Source: Ranitomeya imitator (taxonomy: Eukaryota). From it: a stretch of DNA of 64,000 nt. Made by a program: the position numbers and the translations under genes. The notes below the pieces were generated by a model. It was not told the origin of the DNA and ran no database searches. It worked only from the letters and a program-made list of their open reading frames with translations. Shown here one piece after another: positions 62,003 through 64,000 of this stretch; position 1 is the stretch's first letter, and each line of letters opens with the position of its first letter. The DNA is taken from positions 372,001 through 436,000 of the forward strand of contig NW_027193546.1 in assembly GCF_032444005.1 (NCBI RefSeq), in the 5' to 3' direction.

Positions 62003-62032
62003 TTTGGGGTGAGGAGCGGAGCACGGANNNNN

Positions 62033-62482
<450 letters not shown>

Positions 62483-63215
62483 TTATAGCCCGGCCATGCA
62501 GATGAGCACTGCTGTCAGACCGCCGTTCTATTGGGTGATGAAGTCATGTGACCAACGAGAACGTTAGACCACTGCAGCTGATTGGTGGTTTCCCAAATCA
62601 TTGCTTCATCTTTGCAGCGGGGATGCTGTATAGCGATGCAAAACCCTGTATAATGCTCTATACATCTAAATAGTGCTGTGAAGCTCCATATACCGCAGTG
62701 CACCCTCATACAGCGCTGTATGTGTTCATGTTCTATTTACCCTTCATAGTGCTGTTATTCATCTGAATAGTGCAGAGTACCCCCATATACTGCAACCTAC
62801 TGACAAATGACTGTGCCACATTATGCAGGCAGTTACAGTACAGCGCCCGACATGTTACACTCCGTATAGTGCAGTAATATCTCCAGATGGTGCTGGAAAC
62901 CCCAGCTAGTCAGCTGTGCCAGGACTGCAAACCCTGTGAATTCAGTGAGATGTTTCGGTAGTAGCCGCACCCAGTTTTCTAGGAAGAGCCGGCTTCCCTC
63001 AGGAGCTGTGTCCCCTGTATAAACTGCACTTATCCCTCCTGTGTGTGATCTCAGTAACATGAAGCCGGATCAGTCACTTCAGCCACGAATCTCTGCTCTG
63101 TGGTGACCGCAGTACAGTGGAGCACGGATCGTGTATAGTGACCTCTATATACCGCCTGGTGCAGTGTGAACCATCAGTGTGATCAGCGGTGCGGCTCTTA
63201 GGAGGAGGATGTGGG

Positions 63216-63231
63216 GGCTCTTAGAAGAGCC
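63216..63231 (-). terminator. Orphan histone-type stem-loop, second unit
   Basis: Paralog of 4654-4669. Confidence 0.8.
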
Positions 63232-64000
63232 TTTGAGTGTGTGGACAGATGTGGAGGAGCGGAGTTTACAGTCCTGGCACAGCAGACTAGCCGCTTCCTG
63301 GATCTACGAGGAAACGGCCATTATCTGTCCCAATCACTGCACAAAGTCCTCCTTCAATAAGGGCTAATTTCCAGCTATCTGCAGATTATTCCGAGGCTGA
63401 GTTCTGCGAGCGACACTCAATTTGCACTGACAGTCTGGCGGGTGAGGGGTTAATCCCTGTCAGTGTTTCTCCTCCGCTCCATCTGCACAGGAGGCGGCTC
63501 CTCACTCACCCGCGTATTATCCTGTGCAGATCCCCTGTGGTGTCCGCGCTGATCCTATCACAGCCTGACTGAGACAAGTCTCCTATGTTCTGCCCGGAGC
63601 CTGATGTGACGCTGCCGGGTCTCGGGTGGGGGGAAGTCGCCGCTTCTATAAAGCGAGTGAGTAGTGGGGGTCAGCACACACGGACACTAAGGAGTTAATG
63701 GGGGCGGATGTTCCTGTATCTGGGATTGGTCGGCGCCTGTGGATGTCTCTCGCTCATTGGCTGATTACAGATCCGTTGCTGGTTTTGAATTTCCCGCTCA
63801 ATCGCTTTTCTTTGTCCGTCGGATTATTACCGGCCCCTCTGCTGGAGCGGCGATCGCTGTGTATACCGGTGGGAGCAGCTCTACCCCGCTGATAATACCG
63901 GGTCCTGTCCTCCCAACTGTCTGCCCCCAAACACGGGGATCAGTCGCCATTATTATTCTGAGGAGGTTATAATAGTCTTCAGAGGCGACATCCATCCGAC

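Overview
Vertebrate genomic DNA, most likely from a frog (inferred from amphibian-type H1/H2A/H2B sequences and the CR1, L2 and Penelope content). It holds a tandemly repeated replication-dependent histone cluster: H2B, H4, H3, H1 x2, an inverted H4, H2A and H2B again, with 1452-5437 recurring at 60014-64000 (period 58,562 bp). About half the window (~32 kb) is a 36-bp G-rich satellite, and the very long repetitive ORFs in the track are artefacts of it. Main finding: the satellite begins exactly at the 3' stem-loop of both H1 genes. On the H1 sense strand each unit reads AG(A/T)GCC-ACCACCTCCTCCCCGC-AGAGCTGTA-TGATC, which is the 3' arm of the histone stem-loop, the spacer and a histone downstream element with 9 nt of perfect complementarity to U7 snRNA. 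The array therefore looks like H1's 3'-processing signal amplified roughly 880-fold. Also present: two young CR1 LINEs inserted at AGGT in the satellite (one with both ORFs intact), CR1 and L2 fragments, a Penelope-like insertion with a hammerhead-like fold, a disabled BRAT1 terminal exon, an H4 copy with R45S and a mutated TATA box, an orphan histone 3'-end cassette, and a repeated CCAAT/MYB/CHR/E2F-like module. The H2B cores are replaced by two identical 285-nt N runs. All functional ideas are inferences; nothing was computed or searched.
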